A DNA stretch of 64,000 bases, taken from positions 174,964,001-175,028,000 of the forward strand of contig OZ024740.1 in assembly GCA_964016885.1 (NCBI GenBank), written 5' to 3'. Positions 1 to 11,291 of this stretch are shown here, one piece after another (the first letter of the stretch is position 1; each line of letters begins with the position of its first letter). Source of the DNA: Eledone cirrhosa. Lineage: Eukaryota. Under the pieces are notes generated by a model that did not search any database, was not told the DNA's origin, and saw only the letters and a list, made by a program, of their open reading frames with translations. The position numbers were made by a program, and so were the translations under genes.

Positions 1-29
1 GGCGACGATGCAGACGATGAAAAATTTTT

Positions 30-240
30 TTTCTACCATTGGCACAAGGCCAGCAATTTCAGAGAGAGTGGAAAGTCGATTATATCGACCCAGTATTTGA
101 CTGGTACTGCATTTTATCGGCCCCAGAAGCATGAAAAACAAAGCTGACCTAGGTGGGATTTGAAATCATAATGTAAAGTGTTGGAACAATTACTTTAAGG
201 CATTTTTCCGGTGCTCTAACGGTTCTGCTAATTAATCGTC
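30..240 (-). mobile_element. SINE family A (tRNA-derived, long form), diverged copy
   Basis: Reverse complement of the consensus seen at 23265-23456: ggcacaaggccagcaatt ... aagtcgattatatcgaccc ... ggtgggatttgaaatc (B-box on the minus strand). Confidence 0.75.
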
Positions 241-323
241 CTAACAACAACAAATAACAATTATAATTCTTTCTAATTTAGCAACAATGAAAATTAGAGA
301 AATTAATGGAAAAGATTGAAATC

Positions 324-575
324 TTAAACTTTTTGATATCAAACGCCCCCTGATTCTACAATTCAAAACGTTTTGTTTTAAAGTGTTTATATTTATCTAC
401 AAACCTTCCATCACAATCTTCAGTAAAAAAACAAAACATTTCTTCTAAACTCCGGCCTAATAACGAGAAAGTTAATTAAATTACTAAACCCTTCCAAATC
501 CTAGATTATTTTCAAAACTATTTGAAAAGTATAGACATTGTCTTAGATTAGAATATGATGACGAAAGGGATAAAA
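324..575. mobile_element. Degenerate TTAA-type (piggyBac-like) MITE
   Basis: Ends ttaaactttttgat ... gacgaaagggataa. The internal segment gagaaagttaattaaattactaaacccttccaaatc matches the element at 18299-18745. Confidence 0.45.
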
Positions 576-2054
576 AGTTAAAAAAACAAAAACGAATTCA
601 TTGGTAAAGGCTACAGCCTGATCTGTATGGATATCTCTTACACAGATTGAGTTGTTCACATTGAAACTGTGATAGACCGATTTGAAATTTCTGGCAAATA
701 ATCTATTCTACGCTGTAGATTAATATTTTAGTTTTTCAGCTATGGTTGTGAGTTATTGTTTCAATTGATGTAATTTGGGGTTTATGTTTTAACTCCTATA
801 TCGCCAAATCGCCTCTCTTGTGTCTCTCCTAATTCTTTCTTGTGATGTGTGAAATTGTTGTCTGCGTTTCTATTTAAATTACCAGGATCTGCGAAATACT
901 TGTCCTCAGGAATAAAATTATATTTCAGAAGGTGTGTGCCCACGCTGGCTCGGTCGTTTTGCTTTTATCTCGATTGCACGGTTTAAGCTCCTTACGATAT
1001 ATATATTAAGGCATTTATGGCTTCGTATTTAAATTCTATACTTCTGAATTTGAGGCCAATTTCAGATTTTGCTTCCTTGTTAGGGACTTCCTTAATTTTA
1101 CCGCAAATTCAGCTGTGAGGACTAAAGTTCCCACGAGCTGCCAGTCTTAAACTTCTCTGTTATGGCCTGGAGGATAATAATAAGCAAGTGGGGACTGAGG
1201 ATAGATCACAAAGCTCCAGGAAGCTTGAGGCCTCCTCATTTCTTTTCCCAAACCCAAGGCCTCAATGAAAACAAAGAAAGCCCTCACTGTTGTTCAGCAT
1301 GTCCATTAAAATCGTTATTTGTTAACGACAACGTAGAGTTAGCAAAAGTGGTCCCCCAGTTCCTCTGCCGGTCCAGGTTGTAGAGTATAAGCAGAGATAA
1401 TTGTCACATTTGTTTTATCTAAGCTGTATGATTTTATCACTCACTCTAACTACTTCAAATATCTACTCCACCCACCCCGTGATTGTTGCTTACCCAGAAA
1501 GACTTGTAGCATTGGCTTTGTTTTTCGTGTGGAGTCTAGCTGAGCCTCCTCTTCCTCTAGTCTGTCACCCAACTTACCTTTAATCGGGCAAACGTTGACG
1601 TCTGCATTTACGAAGTTCTGAAACTCACAGAAAAAGAGACGATTTCGGTGAGTGGGAGGGTTAGTGTTGTCTCACTTTGCCTCAAATGAATAACAGGAAT
1701 TGTATATCCGTCTGGCCAAGTTTCAAATGTTCATGAGCATGATGACTTGTTCCAGCCTTTAACTGATCTATCATGTATTTCCTCAAACACTAACAGTATA
1801 CTGTCATTTAATATCAATAGCATGTCTAGTAGTTACATAAACCCTTTGGTTGTGGCACATTGTTATTTTATTGGTTTATTGCTACCGTTATTTGATTGGT
1901 CTAACTGATATTGGTACAGGTAGTGGTGTCAGAAGGTATTATAGGGTTAAGTCAGCGGCAGGCGAAGATGCATATTTGAACTTACTTGAGGGGTTACTAC
2001 TGATTATTGTCAAGGAGAGTTAATTGAATAAAGTTGATATTATTTAGGGGCTAA

Positions 2055-2192
2055 AAGCGGAGGGCTGGCAGAATTGTTGGTGCGTCGGATGAAATGCTTA
2101 GCAGTATTTGTTCCGGCTCTTTGTGTTTTTAGTTCACATCCTGCGGTGGTCAACTTTGTTTTTCATCCTTCCAAGGTCGATAAAATAAAGTG
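2055..2192 (+). mobile_element. SINE family A, 5' part
   Basis: ggctggcagaattgttgg (A-box-like) ... agttcacatcc (B-box-like) ... tttcatccttccaaggtcgataaaataaag core. Confidence 0.6.
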
Positions 2193-2880
2193 CCAAAGAA
2201 GATTGGGAGACGTTGGACGGAATATAGTCCAGAAATTGAATGTGCTCATTGGAATGAGCACCCTGGAACACAATTTAGCCACATTCAGAGACATTATTTA
2301 CTCAACTTACCACTATTATTGACTGTCAGTCTATCTTCAATTAACTTTATGCTACAACGTATTTGTTTTACAATGAAAAATATTCTAATAAATTGGACAC
2401 AAAAGCCCCTGGTTTTTATGTCCAATTTTTCATAGTTAAAAAAAAAACAGTTAATTTTCAATAAATACATATCCGCTCAACGTTTCTAAAAAATAAATCA
2501 TATAGTTGCGCTATTAAGTAAAACATGGCCTGGGCCAATACTGGTCGAAACCTATCAAAGTTATCTTAACTCTTTCCCTTTCATTTTCCCTCGGTTGCTA
2601 CCACACTTTCATGTATTGCTGCCTTCGTCTTTTCTCCTGTATCTATCGGTATGTCTTTCTTTCTTTTTTGTTTGTTTGTTTGTCTGTCTCTTCGTTATCG
2701 TCCGTTGTGTTTCTTCCATTTTAGCTATTAACGCACTGTGGTAAAATGTACAGTCTTTAATGCGTTCGAAACATTAGTGATCCACAGAAGATAGCTGAAT
2801 TGTCCCTGTGTTTGTGTTTTCTCTCACGTTTTCTAAATATATTTATTGGTAACCACACAGCCCCGTTCTCACGTTTTTAA

Positions 2881-2916
<36 letters not shown>

Positions 2917-2982
2917 CTTTCGTGGTGGGATGCGAGCCGTTGCCGCAACTTCGATTTTACTCACATTATTGTTATTATATAT

Positions 2983-3066
2983 TTCATCCTTACGGGGTCG
3001 ATAAAATAAAGTACCAGTAATGCACTGGGTAATTGCTGGCCTTGTGCCTAAAGTAGAAACAATTAT
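2983..3066 (+). mobile_element. SINE family A, 3' half (short form)
   Basis: tttcatccttacggggtcgataaaataaagtaccagtaatgcactgggtaattgctggccttgtgcctaaagtagaaacaattatt is near identical to other young copies. Confidence 0.85.
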
Positions 3067-3224
3067 TGTTATTATATATGTGTGTGTGTGTGTGTTTGTG
3101 TGAAATTCCATTATCACGAAATTGACGTAGTTATGAGATCGTCAAAAATAAATTGTAATGTCATTTTTATTTATGCAGTACACAAAAATAGAAGAAATCA
3201 TTTGTCTTACCATAGATTTTAAAA

Positions 3225-3598
3225 CAAGAAATATTTATGGAACGTCCCCATCGAAGCTTGCCAAATGCAAACATATCAGTCCTGATATAATCATTTGAGA
3301 CATGCAAGAAAAATTACGTATTGTTGTGAAGGTCAGCAGCCCTGGTGATGTGAACATTTTTTCCAATGTTTGTGAGAAAAAAAAACTTCAGGTAACTGTT
3401 TCGAAAGCTCCAGCACCCAGATTATAAATATACCTTTATACCAATAATTATTGCCCCACTTGGCTATATTAGCAAATGCCTCAGTGACAATCTGGAAAAG
3501 CTAGGGTTTTTAGACAAATTATCCAGTTACCACACAAACACAGTCCGCATGTGGAACATAAAAACATGCAAAACTTTTCTGAAGTTCAACATGTGACG
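3225..3598 (+). mobile_element. Decayed 3' end of an RLE-type (R4/Dong/NeSL group) non-LTR retrotransposon
   Basis: Manual translation across frameshifts and stops gives KYLWNVPI..KCKHISPDIII*DMQEKLRIVVKVSSPGDVNI...IIAPLGYISKCLSDNLEKLGF. This fits the PD..(D/E)..P restriction-like endonuclease C-terminus. It is followed by (TAT)n. Confidence 0.55.
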
Positions 3599-3623
3599 CT
3601 TATTATTATTGTTATCTAAATTC

Positions 3624-3840
3624 CGGTGGAATGGCAGTATCGGTAGAACGTGGGACACCATGCTTTGAAGCACAAAGTTGCGGCCCATTTACGTTTTGAG
3701 TTCAAATCCTGCCGAGGTTAACTTTGCCTTTCATCCTTACGAGGTCGATAAAATAAAGCACCAGTAATGCACTGAGGTCGATTTAATCGACTTTCCCCTC
3801 TCCTAAAATTGTTGGCCTTGTGCCCAAATTAGAAACCATT
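3624..3840 (+). mobile_element. SINE family A, full length, long form, with probable TSD
   Basis: A-box tggcagtatcggtagaa, B-box gagttcaaatcc, core, and internal gtcgatttaatcgac hairpin. Both flanks carry attattgt..tctaaattc. Confidence 0.85.
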
Positions 3841-5865
3841 ATTGTCTAAATTCATAAGTTGGATGTTTGTTGTTTTGTTAGAAACTAGCTTTTTACTTAC
3901 AGGAATAATTCAAATAGAAACATACATACATGTTCATTTATAGGCTAACTGGTTTCAACCATTGAAATGCTGAGGTACTAAATTCAATGGTTTAGTGATT
4001 TCAGTCGAATATATTGAACCAGGTACTGATTTCATTGACTTCAAAGTAATTTTTACCTACCGATAATCACAGAAAGTATTGCTTAATCTGAGGCTATGGT
4101 TTAAACACTCAGTCAAAGTGTCACACATTGGAAACTAACTCGGAATCATATGGTTGTTAAGTAAATTCCTTAATCACACAGTCATGTATACATGGCATTC
4201 TAGTTGTCTTTAAATTAAAAATACAAACCAATGGAAAGCAAAGTTGATTAAATGAATCCCGATACTTTATTTTATCAACCTCCAAAAGAATAAAAGATAG
4301 GATTTCAATTCAAAATGTGAAGCGCCAGAACAAATACCACAATATTTTCAGACCTGTCAACTCTCCCCGCCCGTTGGGGAGATCTCCCACCCACTTTGCA
4401 CTGGGTGAGAATTGTCTTCTCTTGTGAAAATGGGTATAGGCTTTCATTATGTAAAATCTCCCCATTTTGCCTCATTTTTTTCATTGTACTCCCCGTTTCG
4501 GTTGTTAGAGATTGGCAGGTCTGTATTTTATCCAACGCCCTGCCAACTTTACCAATCCACCACCCAATATAGTATTAAATATTCTGTTTATTTCAGTGTT
4601 TGAATGGCACATTATTCTTACTTCATGTATCAGTGGTTTAGTATATATTTCATGGTTTGTTATTTACTGTATGTTTTCTTTAAATGAATTTATTGACCAT
4701 CTTGATCCTTGTGAAACAAAATTGTGTAAGCTTACACAAGTTTAAATTCAGCCAGTCTTTATTATAGAGAATCATCATTATATTTAATTATTCAATTTGT
4801 GCTACTTCTTAGATGTTCTTTAATGATAAGGGAAATGTTTGTCAAACTGTGCAGAGTAATGCTTGCAGCCTCTTAAAAACTATAATAAACTACAATAAAA
4901 AAAGCACTTTTTATTGAAAATGCATGCTAGATTAGCTGCATGAAAGTTTAAATTTAAATAATTTTTGCACAAAACAGCTAAAGTTTTGCTCAATGTTGGG
5001 GGGAAATTTAGATACCCTCCCTAGGGCAGAATGTGAAAAGTGGGGAGGCAGTGCATAAATCAGATGGAGATTTCAAGGAGGTATAGTGAGCAATACATCC
5101 AGTTCATGGCCATACACAATACCAGTCCACTACATCACTAATCATCATCATCATCATCATATCCGCTACATTGGACATAGCAATCATTCACAATTTTCAC
5201 CATCACACTTCTAAGTTATTACTCATCACTCTGCCACCATGATACACCCTTATTATCCAATCTCCTACCAACAACCAGCATGTAGCTCTCATTGCTCTTC
5301 CTCTTTTACAATTTTATCACTTTCTTTCCCCACTCACAGTCAATCATACTATGGCTTTCTACCTCATGATACTCTTAGCTGTAATCCATTATTCTTATTG
5401 TCACTAATTCATTCATACCATGACAGCCCATAATGCACCCAGAACAATCTATCATGTTGGTGTAATGAAGGGCATCCAGCTATAGAAATGATGTCAAAAA
5501 TCAATTTGGTCGCATACATACTCCTTTTCTTGCATGATTTTAAGATCAAAACAAGGAAACTGTTTCAATTTTTTTTCCTTCTTATACTATCTGTTGGTTA
5601 CAACTCTTGATAAAAGTGGCACTGCTTTTCTGCTGACAGGAGATGGATTTGAACTTAGAATGCACAGAGTTACAACAGATACCACAAAATTATCTCATCC
5701 TATGCTTTAAAAATTCAGCCAATCCATTGTCCTTAGAAGTGCTATATTTATGAATTTTGAATGGATGAACGGTAAAGTTGACCTTAGTAGAATTTGAAAT
5801 CAAAGCGCAGAAGGTCAAAATACAGAGGCATTTAATCTTACACTCTGCCAGTTGACCAGCTAATT

Positions 5866-6665
5866 TAAGAAAGCATAAACGAACTAAGGAAAAAATTAGA
5901 AATAAGAGGGATCAGATGTTGTTTACTCGAGAGAAGGCTACGTTGGTACGGTAACGTGATGCGCATGAAAGACGACAGCTGTATAACAAAGTGCAGGGCA
6001 ATAAAGATAGACGGTAGCCGCGGAGTAGGCAGACCCAGAAAAACATGGGACGAGCTGATAAATTCCGACCTCACACGCTTACACCTCTCCAAGACAATGT
6101 CACTGGACCAAGACCTTTGGCGGTACTCAGTAATAGAGAAGACCCGCCTTACCTAAATACAAAGTAAAAACCTACTACAGTCAGTAGGCATCTCTATCAA
6201 AACACACCCCCGTCCCACCACCTCCACCCCATCCACACCGCCCCTTTCAATGTAAAGTTATGTTGGTCCCACAACATCCAGGCCGAAACAAATGAGATCG
6301 TGTAGGTGTCACGACAAAAAAACACACAGTCCACGCTGTAAATGTGGCCGTGTAGGCAACACGGTAAAAACCTCCCAGCCCCACACTGTAAATGTGGTTG
6401 GTGTTAGGAAGGGCATCCAGCTGTAGAAAACCCGCCAGGCAGTCCACGCTGTAATGTGGCCGTGTAGGCAACACGGTAAAAACCTCCCAGCCCCACACTG
6501 TAAATGTGGTTGGTGTTAGGAAGGTCATCCAACTGTAGAAAACCCGCCAGACAGTCCTATGCGAGCAAGACAACCACTCTTGCCTCAAGTGGAAAAACCC
6601 CCGTCCAAACCCATGCAAGCGTGGAACACGGACGCTAAACCTGATGATGATGATGATGATGATGA
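5866..6665 (+). mobile_element. 5'-truncated RTE-clade LINE (ORF C-terminus, 3'UTR, (ATG)n tail)
   Basis: Encodes SINELRKKLEIRGIRCCLLERRLRWYGNVMRM...GRPRKTWDELI, almost identical to the ORF end at 8461-8760. Ends in cggacgctaaacc(tga)n. The 3'UTR has a ~113-bp tandem duplication (6327-6439 / 6440-6551). Confidence 0.9.
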
Positions 6666-6941
6666 GGGGTGCAAAAAACACAGAAGTTTAAATCAGTCCC
6701 AGTGCTTGACCAGCATTTTATTTATTGACCATCAAAGGGCAAAAAGCAAAGTTGAGCTCAATGGTATTTGAACTCAGAACATAAAATGACATAGCTAAAT
6801 ACCTCAACATATTTTATCCAATGCTCTAAAGATTTTGTAAAACTACACAATACCCATCATATGCAAATGCGCATCTCAAGCAGATGTTTTATACACAAGT
6901 ATATAAGAAATAGCTTATTCTTATCTCAGTACCAAGTGAGT

Positions 6942-6990
6942 GGATGTCACTGATGATGGATAGAATTCCTAAAACACTAGTGTCTGGAAT
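6942..6990 (+). ncRNA. Degenerate minimal hammerhead ribozyme (Penelope-like type)
   Basis: CTGATGA at 6950-6956, stem II gga/tcc, AAAAC where GAAAC is expected, palindromic stem III ACACTAGTGT, cleavage triplet GTC at 6982-6984. Stem I pairs only partly. Confidence 0.45.
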
Positions 6991-7052
6991 TCTCACATGG
7001 CTGGTGAGATAGCTGAAACATGATCACAGCTTAAAACTTTCATAGCCAGACT

Positions 7053-7443
7053 TCATCATCATCATCATTTAATTTTACGTCCGCTTTTCCCTGCTTGCAA
7101 GGGTGGGACGGGAACTGATTCTGGCTTGATTTCTACAGTTGGATGCCCTTCCTAACATCAACCTCATTTACAATGAGTGCTGGGTGCTTTTTTTCCGTGG
7201 CGACTACACGTCGACTTTACAGTGTGGGCTGGGTGCTTTTTTGCCGTGGCACCTCCACGACCATTTTGCAGTGGAATGATAGGGACCCCAGTCCTATCAT
7301 CTCATTTCTACAGCTGAGTAAACTGGAGCAATGTGAAATAAAGTGCCTTGCTCAAGGAAACAACAAATCACCCGGTTTGAGAATTGAACTCACAACCTTT
7401 CGATTGCAAAGCCAATGCTCTAACCACTAAGCCATGTGCCTCT
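7053..7443 (-). mobile_element. SINE family B (tRNA head, CORE-like body, RTE-derived tail)
   Basis: Minus strand reads ggcacatggcttagtggttagagc (A-box), gagttcaattc (B-box), ccttgagcaaggcactttatttcacattgctccagtttactcagctgtagaaatgag, then tail ...aaagcggacgtaaaat..(gat)n. Confidence 0.88.
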
Positions 7444-7789
7444 ATATGTTTATATGTTTATTATATATAAACATGTCATCTATGCCTCTATATACACTTC
7501 TATCACTATATGTTCGTGCAAGAGCTAATGTATATAGAAAGAGAGCTTATACATATATATGATGGTTGAAACTCTGTTGAGTATTGTAATCCCATGTCAG
7601 ATTATAGAATTTGGTGCACTTTTAGGCTACGGCCAGTCACACGAACCTGTAACAGATCCTGAACAAGCAATGCCTGTGCTTTGATGGGTTTTTTAAGTGG
7701 GGAAAGGCCTTGCACTTGACCTATCCCACTCTCTGAGCATCGCAAACACTACCCGAAAAGGAGAACTGGTCAACATCATCGGATATATA

Positions 7790-8092
7790 TATTGAAATAG
7801 TTAATATGAAGCATTGTGATATTTAATAAATCAAACTAAACTTGTTGAGGAGTGTCATCACTGGTGATGAAACATAGATATTCAAGAATGACCCATTTTC
7901 CAAATGTGGAAGCCATCAAAAGAGCCATGATGATGGGAGAATTCTTCTAGGAATGCACAGAAGCATGACGGAGAAGGGTGGAAAAGTCCATTCGACTCGA
8001 GAGAGATTATTTCAAATGGGAAAACTTGTAGTTTGGATTTGAAATACTTGTTTGCAACCCCCATTCCTTTTTTTTTTTCTGACACAGCTATA
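7790..8092 (+). mobile_element. Internally deleted mariner (Tc1/mariner) transposon relic
   Basis: Translates to LLRSVITGDET*IF (first catalytic D, ITGDETW motif), then HFPNVEAIKRA and ECTEA*RRRVEKSIRLERDYFK (mariner C-terminal W..R..KC....GDYFE motif). Ends at TA. Confidence 0.65.
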
Positions 8093-8107
8093 AATATATA
8101 TATATAT

Positions 8108-9550
8108 ATCATCATCATCATCATCAACGTTTAACGTCCGTGTTCCACGCTTGCATGGGTTTGGACGGGGGTAGTCCCACTTGAGGCAAGAGTGATTGTC
8201 TTGCTCGCATAGGACTGTCTGGCAGGTTTTCTACAGTTGGATGCCCTTCCTAACACCAACCACATTTACAGTGTGGGTCTGGGAGGTTTTTACCGTGTTG
8301 CCTACACGGCCACATTACAGCGTGGACTGTGTGTTTTTTTGTCGTGACACCTACACGATCTCGTTTGTTTCGGCCTGGATGGCGCGGCACCAACATAACT
8401 TTACATGGAACGGGGTGGTGTGGATGGGGTGGGGGTGGTGGCGGGACGGGGTGTAGTTTGTTAGAGATGCCTACTGGCAAGGCGGGTCTTCTCTGTTACT
8501 GAGTACCGCCAAAGGTCACGGTCCAGTGACATTGTCTTGGAGAGGTGTAAGTGTGTGAGGTCGGAGTTTATCAGCTCATCCCATGTTTTTCTAGGTCTGC
8601 CTATTCCGTGGCTACCATCTATCTTTATTGCCCTGCACTTTGTAATACAGCTATCGACTTTCATGCGCATCACGTGTCCATACCAACGCAGTCTTCTCTC
8701 GAGTAAACAACATCTGATCCCTCTTATCTCTAATTTTTTCCTTAGTTCGTTTATGCTTTGCCGTTCACGTATATTACTGTTACACATCCAGCGGAGCATG
8801 CAAGCTTCGTTCCTCTCTAGTCTGCGTATATCCTCTGCACACAATGCCCAGGTCTCACTACCATGCAACATTGCTGTTCGTATGCAGGCATCGTACAACC
8901 TGCCTTTCATTTTTAGGGAGAACCCTTTAGCAGCTAATAGTGGTATAAGCTCTCTGAACTTTTTCCAACCAGTTCTGACTCTAGCTACAGTACTTTCAGA
9001 GCACCCTCCCCCACTGCTGATTTTATCGCCCAGGTAACGGAAGCTGTCCACTATTTCTATAGAACCCTCTGCGCAATTGAAAGAGCTAGTATTTTGTGGG
9101 CACTTGCTGCTACTTATTGCACCAGAACACCGGCCACATGTAAAGTCTATGTTCTTAGTTAGCTTACCTGTGATCCCACTACATCTTTTATGCACCCATA
9201 CTTTGCATTTAGGACATAAGATGGAGTTTCTACCTACGCCTTTCCTACATACCGAGCACGACCATTTCCCAGAAGGGACCGCCGCCTTGTTTTCTTTCCT
9301 ACAAACTAGAACTTTGGTCTTAGCCAGGTTAATTTTAAGTCCTTTTGACTCTAGGCCGTGCTTCCATGTTTGGAATTTCTTCTCTAGCTCGGCCATTGAT
9401 TCCGCTATGAGTGTCAGGTCGTCTGCGTATAGGAGTTCCCATGGGCAGCCTGTCTTGAACTCCTCTGTTATAGCCTGAAGGGCAATAATAAATAGTAGGG
9501 GGCTGAGAACAGAGCCCTGATGGACGCCAACTTTTACGCTAAACTCTTCA

Positions 9551-9552
<2 letters not shown>
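8108..9552 (-). mobile_element. Young 5'-truncated RTE-clade LINE inserted in (TA)n
   Basis: Open RT frame, 3'UTR and (GAT)n tail. (TA)n tracts lie on both sides (8093-8108 and 9553-9603). Confidence 0.93.
8461..9552 (-). CDS. Partial reverse transcriptase ORF of the RTE LINE (RT motifs, PHD-like finger, C-terminus)
   Basis: The stop-free frame extends 52 codons upstream of the tracked Met: SEEFSVKVGVHQGSVLSPLLF...LLYADDL, then KINLAKTKV, FRYLG, MLHGSETW, RRLRWYGHVMR and GRPRKTW. It is 5'-truncated, so not autonomous. Confidence 0.9.
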
Positions 9553-9605
<53 letters not shown>

Positions 9606-10044
9606 GTACATATCACTTCCAATTGAATTGCCCTATATATTCAATTTTTAATTAATTTGGATGTCGGGATTGCTTCCCTTGCATTTCTTGAACAGAATTA
9701 ATAATTCTATGTATTGATTTTCCTCCTCACTGCAGGTATAATTTTTTAAGCATTTTCTTTTGTCTCAATATATGAAGCATGTTAGCATCTATACAAATGT
9801 ATATATACTGATTAATTGATACCTTTTTCTGTTGCCCTCTGAAACGACTGTAAAGCAATGGATTAATTAACTACTAAACCTTGTCTTATTCATTTAATCG
9901 ATTTTGAATACTCAATGACATATAAGATACCAATTTTCCACAAAAGCAAATTTCACTTTGCTTCGATGAGATATTAATATCAACACTACATCGACTTCTA
10001 ATAGTTTTATAAGTCCTATCTTATGTGAATAGAATATTAATGAG

Positions 10045-10077
<33 letters not shown>

Positions 10078-10423
10078 CATCATCATCATCATCATTTCAT
10101 TTCACGTCCGCTTTTCCCTGCTTGCAAGGGTGGGACGGGAACTGTCTGGCTTGATTTCTACAGCTGGATGCCCTTCGTAACACCAACCTCATTTACAGTG
10201 TGGGCTGGGTGCTTTTTTTTTTGCCATGGCACCTCCATGACTACTTTGCAGTGGAATGATAGGGACCTCAGTCCTATCATCTCATTTCTACAGCTGAGTA
10301 AACTGGAGCAATGTGAAATAAAGTGTCGTGCTCAAGGAAACAACACATCACCTGGTCTGAGAATTGAACTCACAACCTTTCGATTGCAAGGCCAATGCTC
10401 TAACCACTAAGCCATGTGCCTCC
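10078..10423 (-). mobile_element. SINE family B, full length
   Basis: Same head, core, hairpin and tail as 7053-7443 and 22396-22739. Sits between (TA)n and (TG)n. Confidence 0.9.

Positions 10424-10431
<8 letters not shown>

Positions 10432-10497
<66 letters not shown>
10432..10497. repeat. (TG)n microsatellite
   Basis: Perfect dinucleotide run, read directly. Confidence 0.97.
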
Positions 10498-10500
<3 letters not shown>

Positions 10501-11291
10501 CACACATACATATTGTCTAATGATAAGACCTTTTGTTAACAATTTACTTTATTAATACCTACACTCAATCAATATTTACTCACAGCATGTGTTTGCTTTA
10601 GCCTCTGGTCAATCATCTGATTAGGTGTGTTCCATCCATTACCATCCTGTCTGTTTTTGTATACCATGGACAACATTGGCCAATAGATTCTTTCTTTTCT
10701 AAAGACAATAAAATGTGTTTTGAGACAGATTTAGCTCCTTTTTATAACAATTTGAGTAACCATGTAGAGTGGTTCCTTTGTTGTTTGTGACCTAATCAAG
10801 TCATAGTTAAATGAAATAAGGCCTCATATTAAAAACAAAAAATAATATATTCTCCAAAACATACACAAAAACATAGGTCCGACACTCATGGTTTAATAAA
10901 TCTACTATTTTTTTTTCCGGAAATACACAGATCGAAAGTCTGGAAGGTTAAAAACCAAAAAATGTCTCAAATATATGGAAAATGGAAGTGCTAAAATATA
11001 TTTACAGTAAATAAAATATTTATCTTTACAATAAAAGTAATCTTTATTTTTAAAAAATAATAATAAATTCAAATTGAAATGAAATATTTAAGAATTTTTT
11101 TAATAATGAAAAAACCAAAGAACTATCAACAATAACAACAATAATAACAATGATAAGAACCACAAAACAACCAAAATTAAATATTTATGTAAAGAATAAG
11201 TTTTCGCCATAAAACACAAATTTCAAAATAATGATAATAATATTAATAATAATATTGATTATGATGATGATGATAATAATATTAATAATAA

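Noticed and set aside
600-1700. Non-repetitive, moderately GC-richer stretch with short ORFs (1162-1383, 1401-1583)
   Set aside because: No recognisable protein motif or clean splice structure. It may be a decayed element, but I cannot assign it.
8537-9478. Plus-strand ORFs of 166 and 133 aa
   Set aside because: They are antisense shadows of the RTE reverse transcriptase frame.
10348-10423. tRNA-like sequence with A and B boxes (also 7370-7443, 22396-22465 and SINE A heads)
   Set aside because: These are SINE heads continuing into SINE bodies, with no complete cloverleaf or acceptor stem, so they are not tRNA genes.
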